From positions 5,384 to 69,383 of the forward strand of contig CABYLU010000005.1 of the NCBI GenBank assembly GCA_902519835.1: 64,000 nt of DNA, in the 5' to 3' direction. The notes under the pieces are model-generated. The model was not told the origin of the DNA and did not search any database. It saw only the letters and a list, made by a program, of their open reading frames with translations. This document shows positions 45,780 to 59,240 of the stretch, one piece after another; the stretch's first letter is position 1, and every line of letters starts with the position of its first letter. This DNA is from an uncultured Pelagibacteraceae bacterium. GTDB taxonomy: Bacteria; Pseudomonadota; Alphaproteobacteria; Pelagibacterales; AG-422-B15. The position numbers and the translations under genes were made by a program.

Positions 45780-46207
45780 TGGCAAAAGAGATCGAAGGCA
45801 CATTAAAATTACAAGTTCCTGCAGGGCAGGCTAACCCATCTCCGCCAGTCGGACCTGCCCTAGGTCAAAGAGGTATTAATATTATGGACTTTTGTAAGAT
45901 GTTTAACGACAAAAGTAAAAATGAACAGCCAGGCGTTATGTTGCCTGTTGTAGTTACTTATTTTACTGACAAGAGTTTTACAATGGATATAAAACTTCCG
46001 CCTGCATCATTCTTTATTAAAGAGGCACTAAAAATTAAAAAAGGATCTAAGGAGCCTGGTAGAGATATAATAAAAACTATTACAATTAAACAATGTGAGG
46101 AAATTGCTTCAAAGAAATTAAAAGATTTAAACGCTAACACTGTAGAGCAGGGTGTTAAGATAATCGTAGGATCTGCAAAGTCCATGGGTATAGAGGTAAC
46201 AGGATAA
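45779..46207 (+). CDS. rplK: 50S ribosomal protein L11
   Basis: [35 protein letters not shown] overlap with nusG. Confidence 0.97.
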   Translation: MAKEIEGTLKLQVPAGQANPSPPVGPALGQRGINIMDFCKMFNDKSKNEQPGVMLPVVVTYFTDKSFTMDIKLPPASFFIKEALKIKKGSKEPGRDIIKTITIKQCEEIASKKLKDLNANTVEQGVKIIVGSAKSMGIEVTG

Positions 46208-46890
46208 TGGGTAAAAGATTGAAAAATATTATTACAGAGAATGATTTTTCAAAGAGCTACTCTGTTGAAGAAGCAGTAGATATGGCAATTAAAACATCAA
46301 CAACTAAGTTTAATGAAACTATTGATATTTGCATGAATTTAAATATTGACCCTAAGAATGGCGAGCAAAATGTTCGAGGTAAGATCAAGCTTCCAAAAAG
46401 TTTAGGAAAAAATGTAAAGGTTTGTGTATTTGCATCAGATGATAAACAACAAGAAGCTAAAGATGCTGGTGCTGACATTGTAGGATCAGATGAACTTGTA
46501 GAAAAAGTCGAAAATGGATTTGTTGATTTCGATAGATGTATTTCTACTCCTGACATGATGTCAAAAGTTGGTAAACTTGGAAAAGTTCTTGGACCTCGTA
46601 ATCTAATGCCTAATCCAAAATTAGGTAGTGTTACAAATGATTTAAGACAAGCTATTGAGGATGCTAAGTCGGGCGAACTAGAATTTAAAAACAGTGATAC
46701 GCTTATTCAGGCAGGGATTGCAAAATCTGATTTTGAAAAGAGTGATGTTATTAATAATATAAAGTTTTTCTATGAAACAATATCTAAAGAAAGACCTTCA
46801 GGAATTAAAGGTGATTTTGTTAAAAAAGTATCAATCAGTCCTACAATGGGCCCGGGTATCAATATAAACTTGGATTCCTTTGGAGCGTAA
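46207..46890 (+). CDS. rplA: 50S ribosomal protein L1
   Basis: LGPRNLMPNPKLGSVT. TAATG overlap with rplK. Confidence 0.96.
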   Translation: MGKRLKNIITENDFSKSYSVEEAVDMAIKTSTTKFNETIDICMNLNIDPKNGEQNVRGKIKLPKSLGKNVKVCVFASDDKQQEAKDAGADIVGSDELVEKVENGFVDFDRCISTPDMMSKVGKLGKVLGPRNLMPNPKLGSVTNDLRQAIEDAKSGELEFKNSDTLIQAGIAKSDFEKSDVINNIKFFYETISKERPSGIKGDFVKKVSISPTMGPGININLDSFGA

Positions 46891-46892
46891 AA

Positions 46893-47399
46893 ATGAAAAG
46901 AGAACAAAAAGAAATATTTATTAAGAATTTGAAGACAGTTTTAAGTGAAAATAGCCTTGTACTAGTCTTTCATTACAGGGGTATGTCCATGACCGATATG
47001 ACTGAATTAAGAGTTCAGTCTTTCAATTCTGGGTGCAACATAAAAGTTACTAAAAATAGGTTAACAAAATTGGCCCTTGAAGGTACGGATAAATCAGAGC
47101 TATCTGAACTTTTTGACGGACCAACAGCTATTGCCTACTCAAATGATCCTGTAGAATTGACAAAGCTTTTGACAAATTTTGCCAAAAATAACAGTAATTT
47201 AGTTATTCTTGGCGGAATAATGGATAATGAAATTTTAACTGTTGAAAAAATTGAAATTTTATCTAAATTGCCATCTCTTGAGGAAATAAGGGCACAATTA
47301 ATAGGTTTGATAAGTACTCCTGCGCAAAAAATCGCATCAGTGTTAACTGCACCATCAGGTGATTTAGCAAGAGTCTTTAATGCATATAGTACAAAGTAA
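46893..47399 (+). CDS. rplJ: 50S ribosomal protein L10
   Basis: Conserved position, 168 aa, and the pattern VFHYRGMSMTDMTELR. Confidence 0.9.
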   Translation: MKREQKEIFIKNLKTVLSENSLVLVFHYRGMSMTDMTELRVQSFNSGCNIKVTKNRLTKLALEGTDKSELSELFDGPTAIAYSNDPVELTKLLTNFAKNNSNLVILGGIMDNEILTVEKIEILSKLPSLEEIRAQLIGLISTPAQKIASVLTAPSGDLARVFNAYSTK

Positions 47400-47422
47400 T
47401 TTAATTAAGAAAGGGAATAAAC

Positions 47423-47803
47423 ATGGCTGACCTCCAACAAATAGTTGATCAACTATCCGATTTAACAGTTATTGAAGCTGCTGAGCTATCTAAAATGCTA
47501 GAAGAAAAATGGGGTGTATCTGCCGCTGCACCCGTAGCCGTTGCTGCTGCAGGAGCTGCACCTTCAGGTGATGCTGCCGCTGCAGAAGAAAAAGATGAAT
47601 TCACAATTGTATTAGCTGCTGCTGGCGATAAAAAAATTAACGTTATTAAAGAAGTAAGAACAATCACTGGATTAGGCTTAAAGGAAGCAAAAGATCTTGT
47701 TGAGGGTGCGCCAAAGGAATTGAAAACAGGCGTCTCAAAAGATGAAGCTAATGGCTTTAAAGAAAAGTTAGAAGCTGCTGGTGCAACTGTAGAACTTAAG
47801 TAA
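47423..47803 (+). CDS. rplL: 50S ribosomal protein L7/L12
   Basis: Ala-rich hinge, [27 protein letters not shown] and C-terminal ATVELK. The sequence is alphaproteobacterial in flavour. Confidence 0.97.
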   Translation: MADLQQIVDQLSDLTVIEAAELSKMLEEKWGVSAAAPVAVAAAGAAPSGDAAAAEEKDEFTIVLAAAGDKKINVIKEVRTITGLGLKEAKDLVEGAPKELKTGVSKDEANGFKEKLEAAGATVELK

Positions 47804-47824
47804 TTTTTTATAATATTTTTTACT

Positions 47825-47850
47825 CAATAGTTTGTAACGTATAACTATTG
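47825..47850 (+). terminator. Hairpin in the rplL-rpoB spacer (CAATAGTT-N10-AACTATTG); possible partial terminator/attenuator
   Basis: 8-bp perfect inverted repeat at 47825-47832 and 47843-47850, followed by TTTAT. The stem is AT-rich, so stability is modest. Confidence 0.3.
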
Positions 47851-47872
47851 TTTATAGGGCGAGTATACATTA

Positions 47873-50800
47873 ATGGTTAGTACTTTATCATTTACTGAAC
47901 GAAAAAGAGTTCGTAAAAACTTTGGCAAGTTAAAAGAAGTTTCTAAATTTCCCAATCTTATTGAAATACAAAAAAAATCTTATGAAGATTTTTTACTTGA
48001 ACACGCGAATCCCTCTGAAAGACCAGATAAGGGCCTTCAGAAAGTTTTTAAAAGCGTATTTCCTCTAGAAGATTTTTCTGGATCAGCGAGAATTGAGTAC
48101 ATTGAGTACAGTTTTCAATCTCCAAAATTTGATGTTGATGAATGTCGTCAAAGAGATAAGACCTATGCCGCTCCATTAAATGTAAAATTAAGACTTATCG
48201 TTTTTGATATAGATGAAGAAACAGAATCTAGAACTGTAAAAGATATCAAGGAACAAGAAATTTACTTATGTGATTTGCCTTTAATGACTCAAAAAGGAAC
48301 ATTTATTACTAATGGTACAGAGAGAGTAGTTGTTAGTCAGATGCATAGAAGTCCAGGAGTATTTTTCGATCATGATAATGGAAAGACACATTCAAGTGGT
48401 AAGTTGTTGTTTGGAGCAAGAGTAATCCCTTATAGAGGCTCATGGTTAGATATTGAATTTGATCACAAAGATATCATTCACTGTCGAATTGATAGAAAAA
48501 AGAAAATTCCTATCACTACATTTCTCATGGCAATGGGTATTAAGCGTGACGAAATATTATCTTTATTTTATGGTACCGAGACTTACTCTTTAAGTACAAA
48601 AGATGACAAATGGAAGGTAGGTTTTAATCCTAAAAATATTAAGACCGGAAAGCTTCAGAAAAGTCTTGTTAATGCAGCTAATGGAAAAGTTGCTGTTAAA
48701 CAGGGGACAAAGATAAATCCAGCTATAGCAAAAAAGCTCTTCAATGATGGTTTGAAAAACTTATTACTAGAGGGTGATGAGCTTATTGGTAAGTTTATCG
48801 CTGAAGATATAATTAACGAAAAAACTGGAGAAATCTATTTTGAGTCATCTGACGAAATTACATCTGAATCAATTGAAAAAATTAAGGAACTAAAGATATC
48901 AAAAATACCCGTACTGGAAATAGATGGAATTAATATAGGTTCATTTATACGTGATACTCTAAGAGTTGATAAAAACTTAAGTCCTGAAGAAGCTGTAGTT
49001 GAAATATATAAAGTACTGAGGCCTGGTGAACCACCGAACCTAGAGACAGCATTTGAAGTATTTAACTCGTTATTCTTCAAATCAGAAAAATATGACCTCT
49101 CTGATGTAGGCAGAGTAAAAATGAATTATAGGCTTAACATAGAATGCCCTGATACTGTTACAGTACTTCGCAGCGAAGATGTTATCGAAGTGATCAAAAC
49201 GGTAATGGATTTAAGAACAGGAAAGGGTGAAGTAGATGACATTGACCATTTAGGCAACAGAAGAGTTAGGTCGGTAGGTGAATTAGTTGAAAATCAATTC
49301 AGAATGGGGCTTATCCGGATGGAAAGATCTATCAAAGAAAGAATGAATTCTCTAGAAGTTGATGCCGCTACCCCTCAAGATATTATTAATGCAAAACCTT
49401 TAGTTGCATCTCTCAAGGAGTTTTTTGGAACTTCACAGTTATCGCAATTCATGGATCAAACTAACCCTTTAGCTGAAATTACACATAAAAGAAGATTATC
49501 TGCACTAGGACCTGGCGGTCTTAGCAGAGAGAGAGCTGGGTTTGAAGTTAGAGACGTACATCCAACTCATTATGGGCGAATTTGTCCAATTGAAACTCCT
49601 GAGGGTCCAAATATTGGATTGATAAATAGTTTAGCTTCTCATGCGAGAGTGAATCAATATGGTTTTATTGAAAGTCCTTATAGAAAAGTAATAAAAGGAA
49701 AGGTAAGTAATGAAGTCGAATATCTTCCAGCAATGGAAGAAGCCGATTATACTATTGCCCAAGCCAATAGTGAATTAGATGATAAAGGAAGCTTTATTAC
49801 TAAATTGGTTTCTTGCCGAAGAAATGGTGATTTTGTTATGACTGTTCCTGAGGAAATTGACTATATGGATGTATCACCAAAGCAGGTAGTATCTTGTGCT
49901 GCCTCTCTGATCCCATTTCTTGAAAATGATGATGCAAACAGAGCTCTCATGGGATCCAATATGATGAGACAGGCAGTTCCTCTTATACAGGCCGAGTCTC
50001 CATTAGTAGGAACAGGAGTTGAAAAGGTAGTTGCAGTTGACTCGGGTGTTACTATTGTAGCAAATAGAGACGGTATTGTTGACAAAATCGATGGAAAACG
50101 AATTGTTGTGAGAGTAACAGAAAAAATTAAAACAACCGAATCTGGCGTTGACATATATACACTTCAAAAATTTCAAAGATCTAATCAAAGTACATGCATC
50201 AACCAGAGACCTTTAGTTAAAGTTGGTGACAAGGTATCGAAGGGAGATATTATCGCAGATGGACCATCAACACACTTTGGAGAGCTTGGTTTAGGGCGAA
50301 ACGTGGTAGTAGCCTTCATGCCATGGAGAGGTTATAATTTTGAAGATTCTATTTTAATTTCAGAAAAAATTGTTCAAGAAGATAAATTTACTTCTATTCA
50401 TATTGAAGAATTTGAAGTTATGTCTAGAGACACCAAGCTAGGATCAGAGGAAATCACAAGAGACATTCCAAATGCCGGAGACGAATTGTTACGTAACCTA
50501 GATGAAGCGGGCATTGTTTATGTTGGGGCCGATGTTAATCCTGGCGATATTCTTGTAGGAAAAGTTACACCTAAGGGTGAAAGTCCTGTAACTCCTGAAG
50601 AAAAGTTATTAAGAGCAATATTTGGAGAAAAAGCAACAGATGTTAAAGATACTTCTCTAAGACTCCCCCCTGGTTCAAGTGGTATTGTTGTCGATGTAAA
50701 AGTATTCAATAGATATGGTATAGAAAAAGATGATCGAGCCTTGTCTATCGAAAGAGATGAGATTGAAAAATTAGCAAATGATAGAGAAGCTGAGTTAGGC

Positions 50801-51976
50801 ATTCTCAATAGAAATATTAAAGAGAGACTTATAATGCTAATTAATGAAAAAAATATATCTAATACACCCGAGGACATTGAAAGTCAGAGTAAATACGATA
50901 AAGCTACATTATCTGATATTAAATTAGACTCTCTTTGGAAATTGAAACTTGAAAATTCTAACGATCAAAATGAAGTTGATAACTTAAAAAAACAGTACGA
51001 TATCGCAAGATCTGCAATTCAATCTCGCTTTGATAATAAAGTCGATAAAGTTCAAAGAGGCGATGAACTTTTACCAGGCGTGATGAAGATGGTTAAAGTA
51101 TTTGTTGCTGTTAAAAGAAAATTGCAGCCGGGAGATAAAATGGCAGGTAGGCATGGTAACAAGGGAGTAATAAGTAAAATTGCTCCAGTTGAAGATATGC
51201 CATATTTAGAAGATGGAAGAACAGTAGATATTGTTTTAAACCCTCTAGGTGTACCGAGTAGAATGAACGTTGGTCAAATACTAGAAACACATTTAGGTTG
51301 GGCATGTGCTGGAATAGGTGAAATAATAAATAAATCTCTTGCACAATATAAGACTTCAAATGATCACTCAGTAATTGGCCAATCTCTTGAAAAGGTGTAT
51401 GGCAAAGATCAATATAAAAATGAAATATCAATATTAAGTAAAGATGAGCAAAAAGAACTTGCAATGAATATTGCAAACGGCGTACCTATTAAAACACCAG
51501 TTTTTGATGGCGCATCTGAAGCTGAAATATCAGAAATGTTGGGTGAAGCTGGTTTTGATAAAAGTGGTCAAACACAGCTTTGGGACGGATTAACTGGTGA
51601 AAAATTTGAGAGAAAAGTAACCGTAGGTTATATTTATATGCTTAAACTTCACCATTTAGTTGATGACAAAATTCATGCAAGATCCATTGGACCTTACAGT
51701 CTAGTGACACAACAACCACTTGGAGGTAAAGCTCAATTCGGTGGACAGAGATTTGGTGAAATGGAAGTTTGGGCACTTGAAGCTTATGGGGCAGCTTATA
51801 CTCTTCAAGAAATTTTAACTGTTAAATCTGATGATGTTGCAGGAAGAACCAAAGTTTATGAAACTATCATCAGAGGTGAAGATGTATTCCAATCCGGAAC
51901 ACCTGAATCATTTAATGTCTTGATTAAAGAAATTAGGTCATTGGGTCTAAATATTGAACTTTCAAATTTGAATTAG
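47873..51976 (+). CDS. rpoB: DNA-directed RNA polymerase subunit beta
   Basis: 1367 aa. Motifs [37 protein letters not shown] and GRHGNKGV. Confidence 0.98.
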   Translation: MVSTLSFTERKRVRKNFGKLKEVSKFPNLIEIQKKSYEDFLLEHANPSERPDKGLQKVFKSVFPLEDFSGSARIEYIEYSFQSPKFDVDECRQRDKTYAAPLNVKLRLIVFDIDEETESRTVKDIKEQEIYLCDLPLMTQKGTFITNGTERVVVSQMHRSPGVFFDHDNGKTHSSGKLLFGARVIPYRGSWLDIEFDHKDIIHCRIDRKKKIPITTFLMAMGIKRDEILSLFYGTETYSLSTKDDKWKVGFNPKNIKTGKLQKSLVNAANGKVAVKQGTKINPAIAKKLFNDGLKNLLLEGDELIGKFIAEDIINEKTGEIYFESSDEITSESIEKIKELKISKIPVLEIDGINIGSFIRDTLRVDKNLSPEEAVVEIYKVLRPGEPPNLETAFEVFNSLFFKSEKYDLSDVGRVKMNYRLNIECPDTVTVLRSEDVIEVIKTVMDLRTGKGEVDDIDHLGNRRVRSVGELVENQFRMGLIRMERSIKERMNSLEVDAATPQDIINAKPLVASLKEFFGTSQLSQFMDQTNPLAEITHKRRLSALGPGGLSRERAGFEVRDVHPTHYGRICPIETPEGPNIGLINSLASHARVNQYGFIESPYRKVIKGKVSNEVEYLPAMEEADYTIAQANSELDDKGSFITKLVSCRRNGDFVMTVPEEIDYMDVSPKQVVSCAASLIPFLENDDANRALMGSNMMRQAVPLIQAESPLVGTGVEKVVAVDSGVTIVANRDGIVDKIDGKRIVVRVTEKIKTTESGVDIYTLQKFQRSNQSTCINQRPLVKVGDKVSKGDIIADGPSTHFGELGLGRNVVVAFMPWRGYNFEDSILISEKIVQEDKFTSIHIEEFEVMSRDTKLGSEEITRDIPNAGDELLRNLDEAGIVYVGADVNPGDILVGKVTPKGESPVTPEEKLLRAIFGEKATDVKDTSLRLPPGSSGIVVDVKVFNRYGIEKDDRALSIERDEIEKLANDREAELGILNRNIKERLIMLINEKNISNTPEDIESQSKYDKATLSDIKLDSLWKLKLENSNDQNEVDNLKKQYDIARSAIQSRFDNKVDKVQRGDELLPGVMKMVKVFVAVKRKLQPGDKMAGRHGNKGVISKIAPVEDMPYLEDGRTVDIVLNPLGVPSRMNVGQILETHLGWACAGIGEIINKSLAQYKTSNDHSVIGQSLEKVYGKDQYKNEISILSKDEQKELAMNIANGVPIKTPVFDGASEAEISEMLGEAGFDKSGQTQLWDGLTGEKFERKVTVGYIYMLKLHHLVDDKIHARSIGPYSLVTQQPLGGKAQFGGQRFGEMEVWALEAYGAAYTLQEILTVKSDDVAGRTKVYETIIRGEDVFQSGTPESFNVLIKEIRSLGLNIELSNLN

Positions 51977-51985
51977 GAAAAAACT

Positions 51986-54900
51986 ATGAGTCAATCGTTA
52001 ATGAATATTTTTAATCCTGCTGCATCAAGAGATGATTTTAACCAGGTAAAAATATCAATTGCAAGCCCAGAAAGAATATTGTCATGGTCATACGGTGAAA
52101 TAAAAAAGCCTGAAACAATAAATTACAGAACTTTCAAACCAGAGAGGGACGGTCTTTTCTGCGCAAGAATTTTTGGTCCAATTAAAGATTATGAATGTTT
52201 ATGTGGTAAATATAAAAGGATGAAATTTAAGGGCATCATTTGCGAGAAATGTGGTGTCGAGGTAACAAAAAAAGATGTCAGAAGAGAGAGAATGGGGCAT
52301 ATTCAATTAGCTGCTCCAGTTGCACATATATGGTTCCTAAAATCTCTTCCAAGCCGTATCGCTCTTATGATGGATATGAAGCTGAAAGATCTTGAAAAAG
52401 TTCTTTATTTTGAAAAATTCATGGTTACGGAACCAGGATTAACTCCCCTTATACAAAATCAACTTCTTGATGAAGAGGAATTAGAGAATGCTAAAGAAGA
52501 ATATGGAGAAGACTCTTTTTCAGCAGGTATAGGAGCTGAGGCAGTTAGAAAAGTTCTTGAAAGAATAGAGCTTGAACCAGAGCTTGAAGCTTTACGTGCA
52601 AAACTTGCAGAAACGAAAGCTGTCGCACTGTCGGAAAAGTTGGTAAAAAGAATTAAAATTTTTGAAGCCTTTATATCTTCTGGAAACAGACCTGAGTGGA
52701 TGATTTTAACATCTGTCCCTGTTATCCCGCCAGAATTAAGGCCACTAGTTCCGCTTGACGGAGGAAGATTTGCATCAAGTGATTTAAATGATCTTTATAG
52801 AAGAGTTATCAATAGAAATAACAGGTTGTCTAGATTAATTGAATTAAGAGCTCCAGATATAATAATTAGAAATGAAAAAAGAATGCTTCAAGAGTCAGTT
52901 GATGCATTATTTGATAATGGAAGAAGAGGAAGAGTAATTACTGGAACAAATAAAAGACCTCTCAAATCTCTGGCAGAAATGCTTAAAGGTAAACAGGGTC
53001 GATTTAGACAGAATTTATTAGGGAAAAGAGTTGATTACTCTGGTAGGTCAGTAATTGTCGTTGGGCCTGAATTAAAACTACATCAATGTGGCTTGCCAAA
53101 AAAAATGGCTATTGAGCTATTTAAACCATTTATATATGCAAGGTTAGAGTCTTTAGGTTTAGCTACAACATTAAAACAAGCCAAGAAAATGGTTGAAAAA
53201 GAACGTCCAGAAGTATGGGATGTATTAGATCGTGTAATCAGGGAACACCCAGTAATACTAAACAGAGCACCAACCTTGCATAGGCTTGGCGTACAGGCTT
53301 TTGAACCAGTTTTAATTGAAGGCAAAGCAATCCAGCTTCATCCTTTAGTATGTACTGCGTTCAACGCTGACTTTGATGGCGATCAGATGGCAGTACATGT
53401 GCCTTTAAGTTTAGAAGCCCAGCTTGAGGCGAGAGTACTTATGATGTCAACAAACAACATACTTAATCCTGCAAACGGAAAACCAGTTATTGTTCCAAGT
53501 CAGGATATCGTCTTAGGTATTTATTATCTTTCACAAGAAAAAGAAAATGAGCCAGGACAAGGATCTGTATTTAAAGATATTTATGAAGTACAGCAAGCTC
53601 TTGAAAATAATGCAACAACAGTCCATGCAAAAGTTCATGCTAGAATTAATTTCATTGATCCAGAAGGTAACAAAAAATTGAAAAGAATTGAGACAACACC
53701 AGGTAGAATGTTGCTTTGGAACCTCGTCCCGCAGCATAAAGATCTTGATCCTAAACTAGTAAATAGGCTTTTAGGTAAAAAAGAAATATCAGGTCTAATT
53801 GATACTGTTTATAGATATTGTGGGCAAAAAGATACAGTGATATTCGCTGATCAATTAATGGCTTTGGGCTTTCATTATGCATACAAGGCAGGTATTTCTT
53901 TTGGTAAAGATGATATGATAATTCCAGAGACAAAAGAAAAACTTGTTTCTGAAACAGCTGGTCAAATAGAAAAATATGAAAAACAATACAATGATGGTCT
54001 TATTACTAATCGGGAAAAATATAATAAAGTAATTGATGCGTGGGCCAAATGTACAGACCGTGTTGCTCAGGAAATGATGAATGAAATATCATCCAAAAAA
54101 TTTGATGACAATACTAAAAGGGAAATGCCAATAAATTCAATTTATATGATGGCAAACTCTGGTGCTCGTGGTTCTGCAGCACAAATGAAACAATTATCTG
54201 GTATGAGAGGTCTTATGGCTAAGCCATCTGGCGATATTATTGAAACACCTATTATCTCAAATTTTAAAGAAGGATTGAATGTGCTAGAGTACTTCAATTC
54301 AACCCATGGTGCTAGAAAAGGCCTTGCAGATACCGCACTAAAAACTGCGAATTCTGGGTATTTAACAAGAAGACTTTGTGATGTTGCCCAAGATTGCACT
54401 ATCTCTGAACCTGACTGTGGAACAGATAGTGGAGTATGGATTACAGATGTTGTTGAGGGAGGAGAAGTAATAATTTCTATAGCAGACAGAGTATTAGGTA
54501 GGTTCCTTCAGAACGATGTAAACCATCCAATTACTGGTGAAAATATTGCAAAAAAAGATGATTATGTAGATGAGGTTGTTGCAGAAAAAATTGAAACGGC
54601 AGGCATTCAAAGTGTTTATATTCGGTCTCCACTAACATGTGATAGTAAAAGAGGCATATGCGTAAAATGTTATGGTCGTGATTTAGCAAGAGGATTCCTT
54701 GTAAATGAAGGTGAAGCTGTTGGAATGATAGCCGCTCAATCAATAGGTGAGCCCGGAACTCAGCTTACTATGAGGACCTTCCACATCGGTGGAGCCGCCC
54801 AAATTAATGATCAATCATTTATAGAGATTAACACTGATGGAAGATTTAAAATTTTAAATAAAAATACTGTTGAAGATAGTAATAATGACCTGATTGTTAT

Positions 54901-56173
54901 GGGCAGAAATTGTCAACTAGCAATACACGATGAGAATGGAAGAGAACTTGCAAATTATAAAGTTCCTTACGGTACAAAAATTTTAGTAGAGGAGGACTCT
55001 AAGGTAAATAGTGGTACAAAAATTTGTGAATGGGATCCATTTACAAATCCAGTTATATCAGAAAAGTCAGGAACTGCTAATTATGTGGATATGGAAGAAG
55101 GAATATCTCTTATTGAGGAAACAGAAGAAAAAACAGGATTAACATACACCAAAGTTAAGGACTGGAAATCAGATCCAAAAGGAAGTGAATTAAAGCCGAG
55201 AATAACACTTAGAGATAAAAAAGGCGAAGTGATACTTCTTGCAAATGGCAATGAAGCCAGATACTTCTTGCCTCCTGATTCAATTCTTTCTGTGGCAGAT
55301 GGATCGGAAGTTCATGCGGGAGATGTTCTTGCTAGAACTCCAAAGGCTGCTTCAAAAACAAAAGATATCACTGGAGGTTTACCAAGAGTTGCAGAGTTAT
55401 TTGAAGCAAGAAAACCAAAAGATCACGCAATTATTTCTGAGACTTCTGGTGTCATTTCTTTTGGAAAAGATATTAGAGGAAAACAAAAAGTCATTATTAC
55501 TCCTGAAAAAGATGGTGACCCTGTAGAAGTTTTAATACCAAAAGGAAAGCATATAGCTTATCAAGAAGGTGAAACTATTGAGAAGGGAGATTACTTATTA
55601 GATGGAAATCCAGACCCTCATGATATTTTAGAAATTTTGGGCATCGAAGCTTTAGCCGACTATCTTATCAATGAAGTACAAGAGGTTTATAGGCTGCAAG
55701 GTGTATTAATTAATGATAAGCACATCGAAGTATTATGCAGGCAAATGTTACAAAAAGTCCATATTACTGAAATTGGTGATAGCTCATTTATCAAAGGTGA
55801 AGAAATTGATAGGTTTGAATTCTTGACTACAAATGAACAGCTAGAAAGTGAAGGAAAGAAACCTGCAATAGCTAAACCTGTATTGCTTGGTATTACAAAA
55901 GCATCTCTTCAAACAAGGTCTTTCATTTCAGCTGCATCTTTCCAAGAAACAACAAGAATTCTTACTGATGCGTCGATAAAAGGTAAAATGGATCGCCTTG
56001 AGGGACTCAAAGAGAACGTAATTGTTGGAAGATTAATTCCAGCAGGAACAGGAAGAACCTTCAATCAAATTGAAAATAAGGCAAAATTGTTGGATAAAGA
56101 GGCAAAAATAGAAATTGAGGCAATTCAGGCAAAGAAAGAGCAAGAATCAGCCGAAATACAGGAGAATTCCTAA
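51986..56173 (+). CDS. rpoC: DNA-directed RNA polymerase subunit beta'
   Basis: 1395 aa. Zn finger [21 protein letters not shown] and catalytic NADFDGDQM. Confidence 0.98.
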   Translation: MSQSLMNIFNPAASRDDFNQVKISIASPERILSWSYGEIKKPETINYRTFKPERDGLFCARIFGPIKDYECLCGKYKRMKFKGIICEKCGVEVTKKDVRRERMGHIQLAAPVAHIWFLKSLPSRIALMMDMKLKDLEKVLYFEKFMVTEPGLTPLIQNQLLDEEELENAKEEYGEDSFSAGIGAEAVRKVLERIELEPELEALRAKLAETKAVALSEKLVKRIKIFEAFISSGNRPEWMILTSVPVIPPELRPLVPLDGGRFASSDLNDLYRRVINRNNRLSRLIELRAPDIIIRNEKRMLQESVDALFDNGRRGRVITGTNKRPLKSLAEMLKGKQGRFRQNLLGKRVDYSGRSVIVVGPELKLHQCGLPKKMAIELFKPFIYARLESLGLATTLKQAKKMVEKERPEVWDVLDRVIREHPVILNRAPTLHRLGVQAFEPVLIEGKAIQLHPLVCTAFNADFDGDQMAVHVPLSLEAQLEARVLMMSTNNILNPANGKPVIVPSQDIVLGIYYLSQEKENEPGQGSVFKDIYEVQQALENNATTVHAKVHARINFIDPEGNKKLKRIETTPGRMLLWNLVPQHKDLDPKLVNRLLGKKEISGLIDTVYRYCGQKDTVIFADQLMALGFHYAYKAGISFGKDDMIIPETKEKLVSETAGQIEKYEKQYNDGLITNREKYNKVIDAWAKCTDRVAQEMMNEISSKKFDDNTKREMPINSIYMMANSGARGSAAQMKQLSGMRGLMAKPSGDIIETPIISNFKEGLNVLEYFNSTHGARKGLADTALKTANSGYLTRRLCDVAQDCTISEPDCGTDSGVWITDVVEGGEVIISIADRVLGRFLQNDVNHPITGENIAKKDDYVDEVVAEKIETAGIQSVYIRSPLTCDSKRGICVKCYGRDLARGFLVNEGEAVGMIAAQSIGEPGTQLTMRTFHIGGAAQINDQSFIEINTDGRFKILNKNTVEDSNNDLIVMGRNCQLAIHDENGRELANYKVPYGTKILVEEDSKVNSGTKICEWDPFTNPVISEKSGTANYVDMEEGISLIEETEEKTGLTYTKVKDWKSDPKGSELKPRITLRDKKGEVILLANGNEARYFLPPDSILSVADGSEVHAGDVLARTPKAASKTKDITGGLPRVAELFEARKPKDHAIISETSGVISFGKDIRGKQKVIITPEKDGDPVEVLIPKGKHIAYQEGETIEKGDYLLDGNPDPHDILEILGIEALADYLINEVQEVYRLQGVLINDKHIEVLCRQMLQKVHITEIGDSSFIKGEEIDRFEFLTTNEQLESEGKKPAIAKPVLLGITKASLQTRSFISAASFQETTRILTDASIKGKMDRLEGLKENVIVGRLIPAGTGRTFNQIENKAKLLDKEAKIEIEAIQAKKEQESAEIQENS

Positions 56174-56182
56174 TAAATTTTG

Positions 56183-56210
56183 TTGACCTGCACAAACTAT
56201 TAAGTATTAT
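56183..56210 (+). promoter_or_regulatory. Promoter-like element TTGACC-16-TATTAT upstream of rpsL
   Basis: Hexamers at 56183-56188 and 56205-56210, in the 138-nt rpoC-rpsL spacer. GGAG RBS at 56301-56304. Confidence 0.3.
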
Positions 56211-56311
56211 TCGGCATTCTTAAATAGTAGGCGGTAGAGAAATCTAAACGCTACTTTTTATTAGTTTTTTAAAATAGTTAACCTTTAAGTTGTAAAGACT
56301 GGAGATATTTT

Positions 56312-56683
56312 ATGCCGACTATAAGTCAGCTGATTAGAAAACCTAGAACCAAAGTTCAAAAAAGAAATAAGGTTCCAGCATTAAAAGCAAATCCTCAAAA
56401 GCGAGGTGTTTGTACTAGAGTTTATACAACTACCCCTAAAAAACCTAACTCAGCATTACGAAAAGTTGCGAGAGTTAGACTTACAAATGGGTTTGAAGTT
56501 ACAAGTTATATTGGCGGTGAGGGTCATAACTTACAAGAACACTCAGTAATATTAATTCGAGGTGGTCGTGTAAAAGACCTGCCAGGAGTTCGTTATCACA
56601 CTGTAAGAGGAGTTTTAGATACCCAAGGTGTAGGTGAGAGAAAACAACGTCGTTCATTATATGGAACGAAGAAACCTAAATAA
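56312..56683 (+). CDS. rpsL: 30S ribosomal protein S12
   Basis: [12 protein letters not shown] and [15 protein letters not shown]. Confidence 0.98.
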   Translation: MPTISQLIRKPRTKVQKRNKVPALKANPQKRGVCTRVYTTTPKKPNSALRKVARVRLTNGFEVTSYIGGEGHNLQEHSVILIRGGRVKDLPGVRYHTVRGVLDTQGVGERKQRRSLYGTKKPK

Positions 56684-57154
<471 letters not shown>

Positions 57155-57155
57155 T

Positions 57156-59231
57156 ATGACAAGAGAATACGCACTGCAGAAATACCGTAATATAGGAATC
57201 ATGGCTCACATTGATGCAGGTAAAACCACTACTACAGAAAGAATACTTTATTACACTGGTAAAAGTCACAAAATTGGAGAAGTTCATGATGGCGCAGCTA
57301 CAATGGACTGGATGGAACAAGAGCAAGAAAGAGGAATTACAATTACTTCAGCAGCAACTACATGTTTTTGGAATGATCATAGAATTAATATAATAGATAC
57401 TCCAGGCCACGTTGACTTTACTATTGAAGTTGAGAGATCACTTAGAGTTCTTGACGGAGCTGTTGCAGTATTTGATGGTGTAGCTGGTGTTGAACCTCAG
57501 ACTGAAACTGTATGGAGACAAGCGAATAGATATAAGGTTCCAAGAATGTGTTTTGTTAACAAGATGGATCGTACCGGGGCTGATTTCTATAAATGTCTTG
57601 ATATGATTAAAGACAGACTTCAAGCAAATGCTTTAGTTTTACAAATTCCCTATGGAAGTGAGTCTGATCTTAAGGGTGTTATTGATCTTGTAAAAAATAA
57701 AGCAATTGTTTGGGCAAATGAAGACCTTGGAGCTAAATATGAGTACACAGAGATCCCAGAAGAGTTAAAAGAGACGGCTGAAAAATATCGATCAGAAATG
57801 GTTGAAATGGCAGTTGAGCAGGATGAAGAGGTTTTAGAAAAATATTTAGATGGGGAAGAGCCTGATGAAGAAACTCTTAATCGTTGTATTAGAAAAGGTA
57901 CTATCAATTTTGAGTTCGTTCCAATTTTAACAGGCAGTGCATTTAAAAATAAAGGTGTACAACCACTTCTAGACGCCATCGTAAACTTTATGCCAGATCC
58001 TAGTGAGGTACAACAAGCTACGGGCAATATACCAGGCAAAGAAGAAGAAGAAATAAGAAAAGCATCAGATGAAGAGCCTTTTTCTGCATTAGCATTTAAA
58101 GTTGCTAACGATCCTTTTGTAGGCTCTCTCACGTTTACAAGAATCTATTCAGGAAAATTAGAAGCTGGTTCAACAATTATGAATTCTGTTAAAGGTGATA
58201 AGGAAAGAATTGGAAGAATGCTACTTATGCATGCAAATAACAGAGAAGATATTAAAACTGCGTATGCTGGTGATATTGTTGCGATAGCAGGGTTGAAAGA
58301 TACCATAACTGGTGAAACTTTATGTGACTCTCAGAAGCCAATCATATTAGAGTCAATGGATTTTCCTGATCCAGTAATTGAAATTGCTGTTGAACCAAAA
58401 ACAAAAGCTGACCAAGAAAAAATGGGAGAAGCACTTGCTCGACTTGCTAAAGAAGATCCCTCTTTTAGAGTAACGTCTGATGATGAATCTGGCCAAACTG
58501 TTATTAAAGGAATGGGCGAGCTTCATTTGGATATTATTGTTGACCGAATGAAACGAGAGTTCAAAGTTGAAGCTAATGTAGGAGCTCCACAGGTTGCTTA
58601 CAGAGAAACGATAACTAAAGAGGTTGAGGTAACATATACACATAAAAAACAAAGTGGAGGAGCTGGTCAGTTTGCTGAAGTAAAAATCATTGCTGAGGGG
58701 TGTGAACCGGGGACAGGAAGATTATTTGAAGACAAAATTAAGGGAGGCAATATACCTAAAGAGTATATCCCAGGAGTTGAAAAAGGAATTGAGGGCGTTG
58801 CTGATACTGGTGTCATAGCTGGCTTTCCTATAATTGATTATAAAGTAACATTAATCGATGGAAAATATCACGATGTAGACTCTAGTAGTTTAGCTTTTGA
58901 AATAGCTGGAAGGATGGCATTTAAAGATGCTTGTCAAAAAGCAGGCCCAAAACTTCTTGAGCCTGTTATGAGAGTTGAGGTAGTTACGCCTGAAGAGTTT
59001 ATGGGGGATGTTATAGGCGATTTGAGTAGTCGAAGAGGTCAAGTTAGTGGAAGTGAAGCTAGAGGTAACACAACAGCAATTAGCTCAATGGTGCCTCTTG
59101 CCAATATGTTTGGCTATGTTAACACATTACGGTCTATGACTCAGGGAAGAGCTCAGTATTCAATGTTTTTTGATCATTATGAGCAAGTACCTCAAAACGT
59201 TCAAGATGAGGTAAAAGCAAAATTTGCATAA
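57156..59231 (+). CDS. fusA: Elongation factor G
   Basis: ATG at 57156 lies 1 nt after the rpsG stop ([28 protein letters not shown]). DTPGHVDF and NKMDR are present. The 57135 start in the ORF track overlaps rpsG and is rejected. Confidence 0.97.
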   Translation: MTREYALQKYRNIGIMAHIDAGKTTTTERILYYTGKSHKIGEVHDGAATMDWMEQEQERGITITSAATTCFWNDHRINIIDTPGHVDFTIEVERSLRVLDGAVAVFDGVAGVEPQTETVWRQANRYKVPRMCFVNKMDRTGADFYKCLDMIKDRLQANALVLQIPYGSESDLKGVIDLVKNKAIVWANEDLGAKYEYTEIPEELKETAEKYRSEMVEMAVEQDEEVLEKYLDGEEPDEETLNRCIRKGTINFEFVPILTGSAFKNKGVQPLLDAIVNFMPDPSEVQQATGNIPGKEEEEIRKASDEEPFSALAFKVANDPFVGSLTFTRIYSGKLEAGSTIMNSVKGDKERIGRMLLMHANNREDIKTAYAGDIVAIAGLKDTITGETLCDSQKPIILESMDFPDPVIEIAVEPKTKADQEKMGEALARLAKEDPSFRVTSDDESGQTVIKGMGELHLDIIVDRMKREFKVEANVGAPQVAYRETITKEVEVTYTHKKQSGGAGQFAEVKIIAEGCEPGTGRLFEDKIKGGNIPKEYIPGVEKGIEGVADTGVIAGFPIIDYKVTLIDGKYHDVDSSSLAFEIAGRMAFKDACQKAGPKLLEPVMRVEVVTPEEFMGDVIGDLSSRRGQVSGSEARGNTTAISSMVPLANMFGYVNTLRSMTQGRAQYSMFFDHYEQVPQNVQDEVKAKFA

Positions 59232-59240
59232 GGAATTAAA

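Noticed and set aside
57650-58132. A 160-aa minus-strand ORF inside fusA. Similar long antisense ORFs occur inside rpoB (48835-49080, 49861-50154, 50518-50877, 51111-51476), rpoC, purL, the TonB receptor and other genes.
   Set aside because: They lie fully inside strongly recognisable conserved genes on the opposite strand and have low-complexity composition with no motifs. These are typical shadow ORFs.
59232-59240. The possibility that the missing tuf between fusA and rpsJ reflects a misassembly or deletion artefact.
   Set aside because: The junction is clean, both flanking genes are full length, and a complete tuf sits in the other conserved position upstream of secE. I treat it as a genuine single-copy arrangement.
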